This document shows, in pieces, positions 16,888-26,634 of a DNA stretch of 64,000 bases (position 1 is its first letter; each line of letters opens with the position of its first letter). The stretch covers positions 450 through 64,449 of the forward strand of contig JBGAUR010000001.1 in assembly GCA_044228545.1 (NCBI GenBank), read 5' to 3'. The notes below the pieces were generated by a model. The model worked only from the letters and a program-made list of their open reading frames with translations, did not search any database and had not been told where the DNA came from. The translations under genes were made by a program, and so were the position numbers. Source of the stretch: Minisyncoccia bacterium (GTDB taxonomy: Bacteria; Patescibacteriota; Minisyncoccia; Phycocordibacterales; UBA9973).

Positions 16888-17427
16888 CTATTTTTTGAAC
16901 GGGACACCGATCATTTCAAAGAAGTCTGTTGCTTCGGCTTTGGATTTTGCTGTAGTCACGATTGTGATAGCTAGTCCAAATATATCTTTGATATCTTCGT
17001 CACCTGTCTCTGGAAATATTGTGTGCTCTTTTATTCCGTAAGTCATGTTGCCAATATTGTCCACTACCTTTCTCTCAATTCCACGGAAGTCTTTTGTACG
17101 AGGTATAGCAACATTGATAAGCTTGTCTAGGAATCCATACATGCGAGCTCCACGAAGTGTAACCATCACACCAATTGGATCACCGAGGCGGATCTTGAAT
17201 GTTGCGATAGATTTCTTTGCACCACGAGTTGCAGGCTTCTGACCTGTAATCTTTGCAAGTCGATCCATTATGAATTTATTGCGATCTTTGTCTTTCTTTA
17301 TACCAGTACCTGTACCTGTTGCAATAACAACCTTCACAAGGTGAGGCGCAGCCATAGAGCTCTTGTAGCCGTATTTAGCTTTTAGAGTAGTGTATGCTTT
17401 TTTTTCTTTTTGTTTAACTGTTTCCAT
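16888..17427 (-). CDS. rplE: 50S ribosomal protein L5
   Basis: L5 signature, and position after rplX. Confidence 0.9.
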   Translation of the reverse strand: METVKQKEKKAYTTLKAKYGYKSSMAAPHLVKVVIATGTGTGIKKDKDRNKFIMDRLAKITGQKPATRGAKKSIATFKIRLGDPIGVMVTLRGARMYGFLDKLINVAIPRTKDFRGIERKVVDNIGNMTYGIKEHTIFPETGDEDIKDIFGLAITIVTTAKSKAEATDFFEMIGVPFKK

Positions 17428-17435
17428 AATATTTT

Positions 17436-17654
17436 TTAGCTAGTCTTTTTAACATTTGATACATTTATTGGCATAGCAATATCTATAACCTGGCTCTGTT
17501 CCCCTTTTTTCATAGCCTTGCGAGATTTCTTGTGCATATTCACTCCTTCAACAATAACTTTGTTTAGGGTTGGCATAGCTTTTACAACCTTACCTTTTTT
17601 GCCTTTACTTGCACCAGCTATAACTATTACATTGTCTCCTTTCTTGATTTTCAT
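17436..17654 (-). CDS. rplX: 50S ribosomal protein L24 (short, 72 aa)
   Basis: MKIKKGDNVIVIAGASKGKKGKV is a KOW motif; position. Confidence 0.85.
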   Translation of the reverse strand: MKIKKGDNVIVIAGASKGKKGKVVKAMPTLNKVIVEGVNMHKKSRKAMKKGEQSQVIDIAMPINVSNVKKTS

Positions 17655-17658
17655 AAAA

Positions 17659-18030
17659 TTAAATAACCTCTTGTGCTAAAGAAATAATCTTCTGGTATCC
17701 TCGTTCTGCGAGCTCGCGTGGGATTGGTCCGAATACACGACCCCCTTTTGGATCCATCTTATCTTTTTCCAAAATAACTACAGCATTATCATCAAAACTA
17801 ATGTATGATCCGTCTTTACGTCGGTAAGACTTAACAGTGCGGACAACAACAGCTTGATGAACATCTTTTTTCTTGACTCCTTTACGAGGCTCAGCAATTT
17901 TGACTGAGATAATAACCTTATCTCCTAGTCCAGCATAACGACGCTTGGAAGAACCAAGTACCTTGAAAACTTTTCCGACTTTACCGCCGGCGTTATCTGC
18001 TATATTTACTACTGTTCCATCTTGTATCAT
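17659..18030 (-). CDS. rplN: 50S ribosomal protein L14
   Basis: MIQDGTVVNIADNAGGK... is highly conserved L14. Confidence 0.95.
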   Translation of the reverse strand: MIQDGTVVNIADNAGGKVGKVFKVLGSSKRRYAGLGDKVIISVKIAEPRKGVKKKDVHQAVVVRTVKSYRRKDGSYISFDDNAVVILEKDKMDPKGGRVFGPIPRELAERGYQKIISLAQEVI

Positions 18031-18037
18031 ATAATTT

Positions 18038-18304
18038 TTACGCTACTACTTTAAATTTCTTATCTTTTGATATTGGTCGTGTTTCTTCTATCTCTACGAC
18101 ATCACCAATCTTCTTACTATTGTTCTCGTCGTGAGCTTTGTACTTCTTGGATTTCTTGATTCTCTTGCCGTATTTTGAGTGTTCAACGAATCTTGTAACT
18201 TTTACAACTATAGTCTTATCCATCTTATCTGAGGTAACTACACCTTTTAGAGTTTTATTTGTTTTTTTATTTGTGCTTGTCATATAATTATCGTGCGACA
18301 ACAC
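18038..18304 (-). CDS. rpsQ: 30S ribosomal protein S17
   Basis: [18 protein letters not shown]...; it overlaps the rplP end, so no rpmC lies between them. Confidence 0.85.
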   Translation of the reverse strand: MLSHDNYMTSTNKKTNKTLKGVVTSDKMDKTIVVKVTRFVEHSKYGKRIKKSKKYKAHDENNSKKIGDVVEIEETRPISKDKKFKVVA

Positions 18305-18704
18305 GTGTAGTTACTGGTAATTTTGTACCTGCTTTACGCAATGCTTCTTTGGCAACTGCTTCTGGTACACCGTCGACTTCAAATATTACTCGGCCTGGGC
18401 GGATATCTAGACAGTAACCTTGTGGATCACCCTTTCCCTTTCCCATTCCTACTTCTGCTGGCTTTGCTGTAAAAGGTCTATCAGGGAAAATACGAATCCA
18501 CATACGGCCAGTCTTGCCGATTGTACGTGATGTAACCTTACGAGCAGACTCTATCTGGTTTGAACGAATACGGCCACCTTTTGTAGCTTTTAGAGCGTAT
18601 GAACCAAAGGCAATAGTAATACCTCGAGTATCTGGAGTGACTTTCGTCATATCAGTTCTACCTGTTTGCCACTTTCTAAATTTTACTTTTTTAGGTAATA
18701 ACAT
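18288..18704 (-). CDS. rplP: 50S ribosomal protein L16
   Basis: [16 protein letters not shown]... Confidence 0.9.
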   Translation of the reverse strand: MLLPKKVKFRKWQTGRTDMTKVTPDTRGITIAFGSYALKATKGGRIRSNQIESARKVTSRTIGKTGRMWIRIFPDRPFTAKPAEVGMGKGKGDPQGYCLDIRPGRVIFEVDGVPEAVAKEALRKAGTKLPVTTRVVAR

Positions 18705-18709
18705 AAAAA

Positions 18710-19393
18710 TTAATTCTTATTATTTCTAGTATTATTCTCTGGTGTATTAAAAACTTCACCGCGGTAAATCCAGACCTTGATTCCGATATCTCCATAACTC
18801 ATATGAGCTTTCTCGCGAGCAAAATCTACATCTGCACGGAATGTTTGAAGTGGGATTGAACCTCTTTTAATCTGCTCAGAGCGAGCGATTTCAGATCCAG
18901 CTAAACGGCCTCCAACATAAATACGTGCTCCTTTTACTCCACGAGCAGCCATAACCTTTTCAATAGCTTGCTTGATAACACGACGGTATGGGAGACGTTT
19001 TTCAAGTCCTTCAGCGATAGCACATCCAACGATTGCAGCATCTGCATCTGGATTTCCAACTTCAACAATATCAAATTTAAAGTCTTCTGGTATTAAAATC
19101 TTCTTCTTTTTCATTGCAGATATTAGGTCAGCCTTCAATTTTGCTGCACCTTCACCTGAACGTCCAATGATCATACCTGGACGTGAAGTATGAACCATTA
19201 TTTTTGTTGATTTAACATTTCTTTCTATTTCAATACGAGAAACGTAAAAGCCGCGTAGTTTCTTTGCTAGAAATTCACGGATAACAACATCACTTGCAAG
19301 AAGAGTTTTGTATTTCTTATCAGCAAACCATCGTGACTTCCAATCACGGTTTATTACTAGTCTATGTGCGTATGGATGGACAACTTTTGACAT
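18710..19393 (-). CDS. rpsC: 30S ribosomal protein S3
   Basis: KH domain and the S3 C-terminal domain. Confidence 0.9.
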   Translation of the reverse strand: MSKVVHPYAHRLVINRDWKSRWFADKKYKTLLASDVVIREFLAKKLRGFYVSRIEIERNVKSTKIMVHTSRPGMIIGRSGEGAAKLKADLISAMKKKKILIPEDFKFDIVEVGNPDADAAIVGCAIAEGLEKRLPYRRVIKQAIEKVMAARGVKGARIYVGGRLAGSEIARSEQIKRGSIPLQTFRADVDFAREKAHMSYGDIGIKVWIYRGEVFNTPENNTRNNKN

Positions 19394-19396
19394 ATA

Positions 19397-19831
19397 TTAT
19401 TTATCTTCTTTCTTAGTTACCTTTTTAGTTGCGACTTTTTTAGTTTTTGGTTTTTCTGTTTTTGTTTCAGCCTTCTTTTCCTTTACTACTTTTTCCTTCT
19501 TTGTTGATGTATTTTCAGAAAGTGTAAGCATAATGTGACTCATGCGCTTATTGATTCGAGATGCTGAACCTCGAGCACGAGGCATACTTCTCATCATAAC
19601 AACTCCTTTGTTTACTGTAACATTTGAAATTATAAGGTTTTCTTCTGATACACCTGCCTGTTTAGCATTAGCTACTGCTGAAGCAAGTAATTTCTCGATA
19701 GGACCTGATGCACGCTTTGGGAGTGATTTTAAATGAGTAAAAGCGTCAGCAACCCTTTTGCCTTTGATAAGTCCTGCTACAAGGCGAACCTTGCGTGGGG
19801 ACTGTCTGTAGTTTTTTAAAAATGCTTTCAT
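19397..19831 (-). CDS. rplV: 50S ribosomal protein L22 with a Lys-rich C-terminal tail
   Basis: SPRKVRLVAGLIKGKRVADA... Confidence 0.85.
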   Translation of the reverse strand: MKAFLKNYRQSPRKVRLVAGLIKGKRVADAFTHLKSLPKRASGPIEKLLASAVANAKQAGVSEENLIISNVTVNKGVVMMRSMPRARGSASRINKRMSHIMLTLSENTSTKKEKVVKEKKAETKTEKPKTKKVATKKVTKKEDK

Positions 19832-19841
19832 AATCTAAATT

Positions 19842-20183
19842 TTATTTCTTTGAATCGGTTGCTGCTTTAGCTGACTTTGCTGCGGATATTTCGGCTTCTT
19901 TCTTCTTCTCTTCTAATTCTTTCTGCATCTTACCTCCGTGCTTAGTGAACTTGCGAGTAGGAGAGAATTCTCCGAGTCTATGTCCTACCATATCTTCACT
20001 GACTAGGACTTCTATATGAGCTTTTCCGTTGTGGACACCAAACACGAATCCAACCATTTCAGGAGAGATGACGCAAGCTCGAGACCAAGTTTTTATCATA
20101 CCTGTCTCAATAGGCTTTTTGCCAGCTATCTTTTTAAGTAGCCTTTCATCAACATATGGACCTTTTTTGAGTGACCTTGTCAT
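19842..20183 (-). CDS. rpsS: 30S ribosomal protein S19. The true start is the ATG at 20183 ([10 protein letters not shown]); the track start at 20189 is TTG.
   Basis: [19 protein letters not shown]...[13 protein letters not shown]. Confidence 0.9.
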   Translation of the reverse strand: MTRSLKKGPYVDERLLKKIAGKKPIETGMIKTWSRACVISPEMVGFVFGVHNGKAHIEVLVSEDMVGHRLGEFSPTRKFTKHGGKMQKELEEKKKEAEISAAKSAKAATDSKK

Positions 20184-20220
20184 ATACAATATAAATAAGC
20201 TCTTGTGAGCTCGTTCGTCT

Positions 20221-20248
20221 ATACTAGCAAACTTAAAAATAATGTCAA
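20221..20248 (-). promoter_or_regulatory. Promoter TTGACA (20248-20243), 16-nt spacer, TAGTAT (20226-20221), 30-40 nt upstream of rpsS
   Basis: Read directly. It is near-identical to the tuf promoter (ACTAGCAAAYYTAAAAATAATGTCAA). Confidence 0.45.
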
Positions 20249-20266
20249 ATCCTAAAGATTATAACA

Positions 20267-20659
20267 TTAAAATATTACTATGATTTTAGGTAGGAAGATA
20301 ATTATCCCTATAATACCAGCAATTATTACAGCAATCGACACAGCCCCAGCAGCGACATCTTTGGTATCGCGAGCATATGGGTGATAATTAGGGCTTGTAA
20401 GATCAATATCAATTTCAATGGCTGTATTTATCATTTCAAAAAGAATCACGAGTCCTATTGCAAAAATTATCAATACCCATTCGATGCTAGATATACAAAG
20501 CACAACTCCCAAATATATTGCGAGTATTGCAAAGAAAATATGAACCCATGCATTGTGAGTTGTTTTTAAAAATATAGAAATCCCCCGAAGTGCATGATTA
20601 GTACTTCGAAGTCTAGATATTATCGAGAATCGTGTTTTTTCCGGTAGTTTATTTTCCAT
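20267..20659 (-). CDS. dgkA: Diacylglycerol kinase / undecaprenol kinase family (DgkA) membrane protein, inserted between rplB and rpsS. The track start at 20677 is TTG; the ATG at 20659 gives MENKLPEK.
   Basis: LRGISIFLKTTHNAWVH...EMINTAIEIDIDLTSPNYHPYARDTKDVAAGAVSIAVIIAG matches the DgkA motif (E..NSAIE..VD......H..A..AKD.AAGAVL). It has 3 TM helices. Confidence 0.65.
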   Translation of the reverse strand: MENKLPEKTRFSIISRLRSTNHALRGISIFLKTTHNAWVHIFFAILAIYLGVVLCISSIEWVLIIFAIGLVILFEMINTAIEIDIDLTSPNYHPYARDTKDVAAGAVSIAVIIAGIIGIIIFLPKIIVIF

Positions 20660-20665
20660 ATCGCT

Positions 20666-20675
20666 ATTATATAAC
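20666..20675 (-). promoter_or_regulatory. -10 element (TGTTATATAAT on the minus strand) ending 6 nt before the dgkA ATG; leaderless-type
   Basis: Read directly on the reverse complement of 20660-20680. Confidence 0.35.
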
Positions 20676-20770
20676 AAAAGTGAGATAAAAGATTAATTTT
20701 ATGAGCCCAGCCTGCGCCCCCGCAGAGAGGGTAAAGCGCGAATAAAATTAATCATTTATGAAGCTCTAAA

Positions 20771-20795
20771 ACAAAAGCGCCTTTTGGGCGCTTTT
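20771..20795 (-). terminator. Hairpin AAAAGCGCC-TTTTG-GGCGCTTTT immediately after the rplB stop, flanked by A and T runs
   Basis: Read directly. It is an intra-cluster terminator separating rplB from dgkA/rpsS. Confidence 0.5.
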
Positions 20796-20799
20796 GTTT

Positions 20800-21651
20800 T
20801 TATTTTGTATTTTTTGATTTTCCAACCTTTCGGCGAGAGACGATCCACATGTTTGAGTATTTCTTTGGAGTACGAGTCTTCTGACCTTTTCCAGATGGTT
20901 TACCCCACATAGTCTTTGCACGACGAAGACCTCGTCCTTGTGCACCTTCACCCCCTCCGTATGGGTGATCAACTGGGTTCATAGCACTTCCACGAACTGT
21001 TGGGCGGATACCCTTCCAGCGTGAACGTCCTGCTTTACCAAAATTTTGAAGTTTGTATTCAGAATTCGAAACTTCACCGATACATGCATAGCAATTTTCA
21101 GAAACTTTTCGAACTTCTGTTGATGGCATCTTTATGTTTGTATATCCTCCATCGTTTGCAACTACTTGAGCAAATACTCCGGCACTTCGTGCGAGCTTAC
21201 CACCATTGCCAGGTTTGATTTCAATATTGTAAACAAACGTACCGACAGGAATCAATTTAAGTGGTAGACGATTTGCTGTAGTTAGAGGAACTTTTTCACC
21301 TACTACAAATTTATCACCAACTTTTATAGATTTAGGAACGATAACATAGCGTTTTTCACCATCAGCATAAACTGCAAGACCTATAAACGCATTTCTATTT
21401 GGATCGTATTCGATAGACATTATCTTTGCAGGAATATCTTTCTTGTTGTACATGAAATCAATCTCACGGTATAGACGCTTGTGACCACCCCCTTTGTGGC
21501 GAGTAGTAATACGGCCTTGATTATTTCTTCCAACAGATCTCTTAAAACCTTTGGTTAAAGATTTCTGTGGTTTACTCGCAGTCAAAACGTTTCTGTATGA
21601 AACAGTAGTTTGATGACGCTTTGATGGAGTTGTTGGTTTATATGTTTTCAT
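20800..21651 (-). CDS. rplB: 50S ribosomal protein L2
   Basis: Conserved C-terminus GGGEGAQGRG...; 283 aa. Confidence 0.95.
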   Translation of the reverse strand: MKTYKPTTPSKRHQTTVSYRNVLTASKPQKSLTKGFKRSVGRNNQGRITTRHKGGGHKRLYREIDFMYNKKDIPAKIMSIEYDPNRNAFIGLAVYADGEKRYVIVPKSIKVGDKFVVGEKVPLTTANRLPLKLIPVGTFVYNIEIKPGNGGKLARSAGVFAQVVANDGGYTNIKMPSTEVRKVSENCYACIGEVSNSEYKLQNFGKAGRSRWKGIRPTVRGSAMNPVDHPYGGGEGAQGRGLRRAKTMWGKPSGKGQKTRTPKKYSNMWIVSRRKVGKSKNTK

Positions 21652-21652
21652 A

Positions 21653-21982
21653 TTATACGAATGCTATTTTATCTCCTTTCTTCAAATAAACGACCGCTTT
21701 TTTACCACCACTTTTTGTACCAATAACTCCACGGCGCATTACAACCTTTGAAGTTCTTTGAGTTATAGAAATTTTAATTGGTGTGACATTGTAAAGCATT
21801 TTGATAGCTTTCTTTATCTCATTCTTATTTGCATTACCTGTTACATTGAAAGTGTAAGCACCTTTATCTGCGCCGATTGCTGATTTTTCTGTGATACGTG
21901 GACCGATTATCATTGGGTGTGTTTTTGCACTTCCTTTTTTCTCAACCACTTCTTTTGTTTTTTTGTTTTTTGTTGTTGCCAT
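21653..21982 (-). CDS. rplW: 50S ribosomal protein L23
   Basis: Position between rplD and rplB, and L23-like core. Confidence 0.85.
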   Translation of the reverse strand: MATTKNKKTKEVVEKKGSAKTHPMIIGPRITEKSAIGADKGAYTFNVTGNANKNEIKKAIKMLYNVTPIKISITQRTSKVVMRRGVIGTKSGGKKAVVYLKKGDKIAFV

Positions 21983-21985
21983 ATA

Positions 21986-22666
21986 TTATTTCTTTTCAGA
22001 TTTACCACCTAGGAAGGCGATACTCTCTGTTGGTTGTGAAATGATAATGTATCTGTAAGACAGCAAATCAACTGGGTTCATATTTCGAACTTCATCAATC
22101 TCAACTGTCGGAATATTTCCAAAACTTTTCTTCAAAACTTCACTCTTAGCTGGAACAGTGATATAAGTGTTTGGCTTTTTACCACCAACCATCTTTTCAA
22201 AACCAGAAACTTTACTAAGATCTTTGACAATCGCGACAGCATCTTTAGTTTTGATATTTTTAAGTGTTAGTTCTTCTAAGAAAAGAATTTGTCCTTTGCG
22301 AAGTTTTTCAGAAAGCACAGTGTAGAGAGCTTTTGTTCTCATTTTCTTATTGATCTTTTGCTCATAACTCTTCTCATTGCGAGGACCGTGAGTTATACCT
22401 CCTCCTTTCCAGATTGGTGAACGAGTTGAACCATGGCGAGCGCGTCCTGTACCCTTTTGTCTCCAAGGTTTCTTACCACCTCCACGGACTTCTCCACGTG
22501 TTTTTGTATGTGCAACAGGAGTACGAGCATTTGCTTGCATCGCAGTTACAACTTGGTGAACTAGGTCAGCATTCCAAGGCAAAGCAAATAGAGACTCTGG
22601 TAGATTTAACTTACCAACTGACTTACCTTTTTGATTGTATACTTGTGTTTCCATAATATTATCCAA
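21986..22666 (-). CDS. rplD: 50S ribosomal protein L4
   Basis: Position, and L4 motifs. Confidence 0.9.
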   Translation of the reverse strand: MDNIMETQVYNQKGKSVGKLNLPESLFALPWNADLVHQVVTAMQANARTPVAHTKTRGEVRGGGKKPWRQKGTGRARHGSTRSPIWKGGGITHGPRNEKSYEQKINKKMRTKALYTVLSEKLRKGQILFLEELTLKNIKTKDAVAIVKDLSKVSGFEKMVGGKKPNTYITVPAKSEVLKKSFGNIPTVEIDEVRNMNPVDLLSYRYIIISQPTESIAFLGGKSEKK

Positions 22667-23258
22667 TTATTTCTACAAGAGTTCCACGTCGTCCTGGAAT
22701 TGCTCCTTTTACGATTAATTGATTGTTTTCTTTATCAACACCAACTATTTCTAGATTTTTTACAGTGATGCGATTTCCACCAGTTCGTCCTGCCATGCGC
22801 ATTCCTTTTGGAACTTTATTTCGAAGACCTCCTCCGATAGAACCTGGTTCACGCTCAGAGTGCTTCTGTCCATGAGAACGTGGTCCTCCATGGAATCCGT
22901 GTCGTTTAACAACACCTTGGAAACCTTTTCCTTTTGAAAGTCCTGAAATAGTTACAATATCACCTTTTGCAAATGCATCGACGGTGATATGATCACCTAC
23001 TGCTATCTCTTCGATATCTCGAAATTCGCGCAAGTGTTTATATGCACCTTCTTTTACATGTCCTAGGTGAGCTTTCGTTGCACGATTTACTTTTTGTTCT
23101 TCAAATGCAACTTGAATAGCAGTATAACCATCCGTATCAGGATTTTTAACTTGAGTGACAACCATTGGACCAGCATCTATAACTGTAGCTGGTATCACTG
23201 TGCCGTCATCATCAAAGCACTGCATCATATGCTGTTTTTTACCAAGAATAAATTTCAT
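22659..23258 (-). CDS. rplC: 50S ribosomal protein L3
   Basis: Position, and L3 motifs (GKGFQGVVKRHGF). Confidence 0.9.
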   Translation of the reverse strand: MKFILGKKQHMMQCFDDDGTVIPATVIDAGPMVVTQVKNPDTDGYTAIQVAFEEQKVNRATKAHLGHVKEGAYKHLREFRDIEEIAVGDHITVDAFAKGDIVTISGLSKGKGFQGVVKRHGFHGGPRSHGQKHSEREPGSIGGGLRNKVPKGMRMAGRTGGNRITVKNLEIVGVDKENNQLIVKGAIPGRRGTLVEIIG

Positions 23259-23270
23259 AAATTAATATCT

Positions 23271-23636
23271 TTACATCATCTTCACGTCTATATCAACTCC
23301 AGATGGAAGAGATAAGTTCGTAAGCGCTTCGATAGTTTTTGGATTCGGATTTAGAATATCGATAACACGCTTATGGATTCTGATTTCAAATTGTTCACGA
23401 GCATTCTTAAAAACAAACGACGCTCGGTTGACAGTGTATTTCTTTATCTCTGTCGGAAGTGGAATAGGTCCTACGATTTTTGCATCATAGCGAAGTGCAG
23501 TATCGATAATCTGTTTTACAGATGTATCGAGTATCTTATTCTCATACGCTCTGACGCGTATGCGAAGTTTAACAACTGCTTCCTCTTTATCCTTTTTTAC
23601 TTTTGTCCCACTTGTAGGGGCTTTTTTTGTTGTCAT
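23271..23636 (-). CDS. rpsJ: 30S ribosomal protein S10 with an N-terminal extension
   Basis: [15 protein letters not shown]... is the S10 core. Confidence 0.9.
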   Translation of the reverse strand: MTTKKAPTSGTKVKKDKEEAVVKLRIRVRAYENKILDTSVKQIIDTALRYDAKIVGPIPLPTEIKKYTVNRASFVFKNAREQFEIRIHKRVIDILNPNPKTIEALTNLSLPSGVDIDVKMM

Positions 23637-23671
23637 ACGTTTGTTGTTTAGAAAGAACGGAATGGTTAATA

Positions 23672-24871
23672 CTACTTAATAACTTTTGTCACAACACCAG
23701 CACCAACAGTCTTTCCACCTTCACGGATAGCAAAGTGTTGTTGATCTTCAAGAGCAACTGGGGTTACGAGTTTAACTGAAAGTTTAACTGTGTCACCTGG
23801 CATAACCATCTCAACTCCACTAGGAAGTGCAGCTTCCCCAGTAACGTCTGTTGTACGGATGTAGAATTGTGGTTTGTATCCAGTAAAGAATGGAGTGTGG
23901 CGACCACCTTCTTCCTTCTTCAAGATGTAAACTTCACATTCAAATTCTGAGTGAGGTGTAGTTGTACCTGGCTTACAAAGAACTTGTCCACGAGTAATAT
24001 CTTCTTTTTTGATACCACGGATAAGGATACCAGCGTTGTCTCCAGCCATACCTTCTTTTAGGTTTTTGTTGAACATTTCAATACCAGTAACTGTAGTCTT
24101 TGCTGTATCTTTGATTCCAACGATTTCAACGTCTTCACCAACTTTAACAATTCCACGTTCGATTTTACCAGTAACAACTGTTCCACGGCCTTCGATTGAG
24201 AATATATCTTCAATAGGCATTAGGAATGGTTTTGCTGTATCACGTTCTGGAACTGGGATATAAGTATCAAGAGCATTTACTAGCTCAAGAACTTTCTTTG
24301 CCCATTCATCATTGTTATCTGCTGATTCAAGAGCTTTAAGTCCTGATCCACGGATAACAGGAGCATTTGCGCCATCAAAGCCTTGTTTTGTAAGGAGTTC
24401 ACGGATTTCTTCTTCAACTAGGTCGATCATATCTTTATCATCAACCATGTCGCATTTGTTTAGGAATACGATTATTTTTGGAACACCAACTTGTTTTGCA
24501 AGGAGAACGTGTTCACGAGTCTGAGGCATCGCACCATCAGTTGCAGCTACGACAAGTACAGCACCGTCCATTTGAGCGGCACCTGTAATCATGTTTTTGA
24601 TGTAGTCAGCGTGTCCTGGAGCATCGATGTGTGCATAGTGACGAGCTGGAGTCCAGTATTCGTTATGAGAAAGAGCGATCGTGATACCACGAGCTTTTTC
24701 TTCTGGAGCTGAGTCGATTTGATCTACGCCTTTAATTTTAGCACCGTATCCATCACCTTGACGATTAAGTACTGATAGGATTGCTGCTGTTAATGTTGTT
24801 TTACCATGGTCAACGTGACCAATAGTTCCCACATTTACGTGTGGCTTATCTCTGTTAAATTCTTCTGCCAT
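23672..24871 (-). CDS. tuf: Elongation factor Tu
   Basis: [22 protein letters not shown] and the full 399 aa. Confidence 0.97.
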   Translation of the reverse strand: MAEEFNRDKPHVNVGTIGHVDHGKTTLTAAILSVLNRQGDGYGAKIKGVDQIDSAPEEKARGITIALSHNEYWTPARHYAHIDAPGHADYIKNMITGAAQMDGAVLVVAATDGAMPQTREHVLLAKQVGVPKIIVFLNKCDMVDDKDMIDLVEEEIRELLTKQGFDGANAPVIRGSGLKALESADNNDEWAKKVLELVNALDTYIPVPERDTAKPFLMPIEDIFSIEGRGTVVTGKIERGIVKVGEDVEIVGIKDTAKTTVTGIEMFNKNLKEGMAGDNAGILIRGIKKEDITRGQVLCKPGTTTPHSEFECEVYILKKEEGGRHTPFFTGYKPQFYIRTTDVTGEAALPSGVEMVMPGDTVKLSVKLVTPVALEDQQHFAIREGGKTVGAGVVTKVIK

Positions 24872-24961
24872 ATATTTTATTGGTTCCGACTACGCCGGAA
24901 CATAAATTAATTAATAATTAAAGGTGCTCCGACTATGTCGGAGGAAATCCCAATGTCACTC

Positions 24962-24989
24962 ATACTAGCAAATCTAAAAATAATGTCAA
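24962..24989 (-). promoter_or_regulatory. Promoter TTGACA (24989-24984), 16-nt spacer, TAGTAT (24967-24962), about 85 nt upstream of tuf
   Basis: Read directly. The 5-prime UTR contains two related palindromes: TTCCGACTACGCCGGAA (24884-24900) and CTCCGACTATGTCGGAG (24927-24943). Confidence 0.45.
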
Positions 24990-25032
24990 TCTTCCCAAAT
25001 CAAAAACTCCCCATTGGGGAGTTTTTGATTTA

Positions 25033-26616
25033 CTATATCTCTATTTGTTTAGGCTTAGGGTTATTGTTTTCACTATTATCCTGAGCACTGCTACAACCTG
25101 GATCACCATCTTTACCACCAAAATCAATCTTTCCATCCCCATCGTTATCAATTAAATCACTACATTGAGGAAGACTATTCGCTTCATTATTATCATTTGG
25201 ATCATAACTTGTATCATTACCAGCATCACCTTCAGTATGACAACCTGGATCAGCTATGTCTATTAAACTATCAGAATCATTATCTGTGCCATCACTACAT
25301 TGTGGATCACCTCCACCACCTGCTGCTTCAAAACATGCAGCTGTTGACCCTCCACCTGATCCTTGGCAAGTCCATGTCCAAGGGCCACTAACTCCACCAG
25401 TTCCACCACCAGGATAGGTACCAGCAACACAATTGAAGTGGGTCGCTGCACACATACCATTTACAATAGTCTCATCCAATACAACCACTGTAGAATTTGC
25501 AGTTGCATTAGTTCCAAAGCCATCACATTGTACAGAGTAAGTTGTTGTAGAAGATAGACTTACATCGACACTTCCGTTTATATTACCGTTAGTATTAAAA
25601 CCAGAACCAGTACAAGAGTCTGCGTTTGTAGAAGACCAAGTCAAAGATGTAATTCCTCCACCATAAGACAATACACTGGGGTTTGCATACAATGTGGCTG
25701 TAGGAGTTTTAGGATTAGATGGAGAAACAGACACATTCACTTGCGACACATCATTAGGATATCCTGTCTTAGTACAGGTAATTGTATATATATGTGTTCC
25801 AGCAGATAGGCCAGATATTACCTCAGAACCACCTAGTGTAGACTTATTTCCACTCCATCCATTTGAGGCTACACAACTATCTGGTGAACCAGTTGTAACC
25901 CAAGAAAGAGTTGTTTGGTCATCAGGAAGAGTCATGGAGCGAGGATTAGCTGATAGTTGAACGGTCATGCCAGATTGTTGAGGAAGTACGGTTATAGTGA
26001 CCTGTGCTTGTGCAGAATTACCAGAACCATCGTCACAAACTACAGTATAAGTTGTTGTTGTTATTAGAGATACGTTATCAATTCCAGATATTGCTCCACC
26101 GGTAGAAAAATCACTACTATTACAAGAAGTTGCGCCGGTAGAAGACCAAGTTAAATTCGCTGATCCTCCTCCATAAGGTAAAGTATACGTATCGGAAGTT
26201 AGATTAGCTGTTACACCGTTTGCAGCAAGAACTTCTATCTGAACTTGGTCTGATGCGTCAGCGAATCCAGTTTTATGACAAGTAATTTCATAAGTATAAG
26301 TACCTATAGAATATAGATCAGTTATTGCTTCATTCCCACTATTTGGAGACTTAGTACCAGTCCACATGCCGTTTGTTGTAGCGTCACAACTATCTGGTGA
26401 ACCAGTTGTAACCCAAGAAAGGGTTGTAGTACTGTTAGGTTGAGTTATTGGTGTTGTTCCAGATAGATCAACTGTTATTGCTGAATTAACAACTTGGTAA
26501 GGTTCATCGTGGTCAATTAATATCCAAGTAGCACTGACTGGTTTTGACACTGAAAACAATAGAACAAACATTAATCCTAGGAGTGCAAATTTATATTTAT
26601 TTAATATTTTTTTCAT
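25033..26616 (-). CDS. Secreted protein with a signal peptide, four Ig-like repeats and an acidic C-terminal C-x-DG-x-DND-x-D calcium-binding-like module
   Basis: N-terminal MKKILNKYKFALLGLMFVLLFSVSKPVSA. The repeats are TTLSWVTTGSPDSC...TYTYEITCHKTG and ANLTWSSTGATSC...TTYTVVCDDG, each present twice. The C-terminus is CSDGTDNDSDSLIDIADPGC...CSDLIDNDGDGKIDFGGKDGDPGC. Confidence 0.55.
   Translation of the reverse strand: MKKILNKYKFALLGLMFVLLFSVSKPVSATWILIDHDEPYQVVNSAITVDLSGTTPITQPNSTTTLSWVTTGSPDSCDATTNGMWTGTKSPNSGNEAITDLYSIGTYTYEITCHKTGFADASDQVQIEVLAANGVTANLTSDTYTLPYGGGSANLTWSSTGATSCNSSDFSTGGAISGIDNVSLITTTTYTVVCDDGSGNSAQAQVTITVLPQQSGMTVQLSANPRSMTLPDDQTTLSWVTTGSPDSCVASNGWSGNKSTLGGSEVISGLSAGTHIYTITCTKTGYPNDVSQVNVSVSPSNPKTPTATLYANPSVLSYGGGITSLTWSSTNADSCTGSGFNTNGNINGSVDVSLSSTTTYSVQCDGFGTNATANSTVVVLDETIVNGMCAATHFNCVAGTYPGGGTGGVSGPWTWTCQGSGGGSTAACFEAAGGGGDPQCSDGTDNDSDSLIDIADPGCHTEGDAGNDTSYDPNDNNEANSLPQCSDLIDNDGDGKIDFGGKDGDPGCSSAQDNSENNNPKPKQIEI
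25873..26421 (-). repeat. Intragenic tandem duplication with a period of about 513 bp (171 aa)
   Basis: The 36-mer ACAACTATCTGGTGAACCAGTTGTAACCCAAGAAAG occurs at 25873 and again at 26386. Confidence 0.5.
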
Positions 26617-26634
26617 AGATTTCAGTTATTTTTA

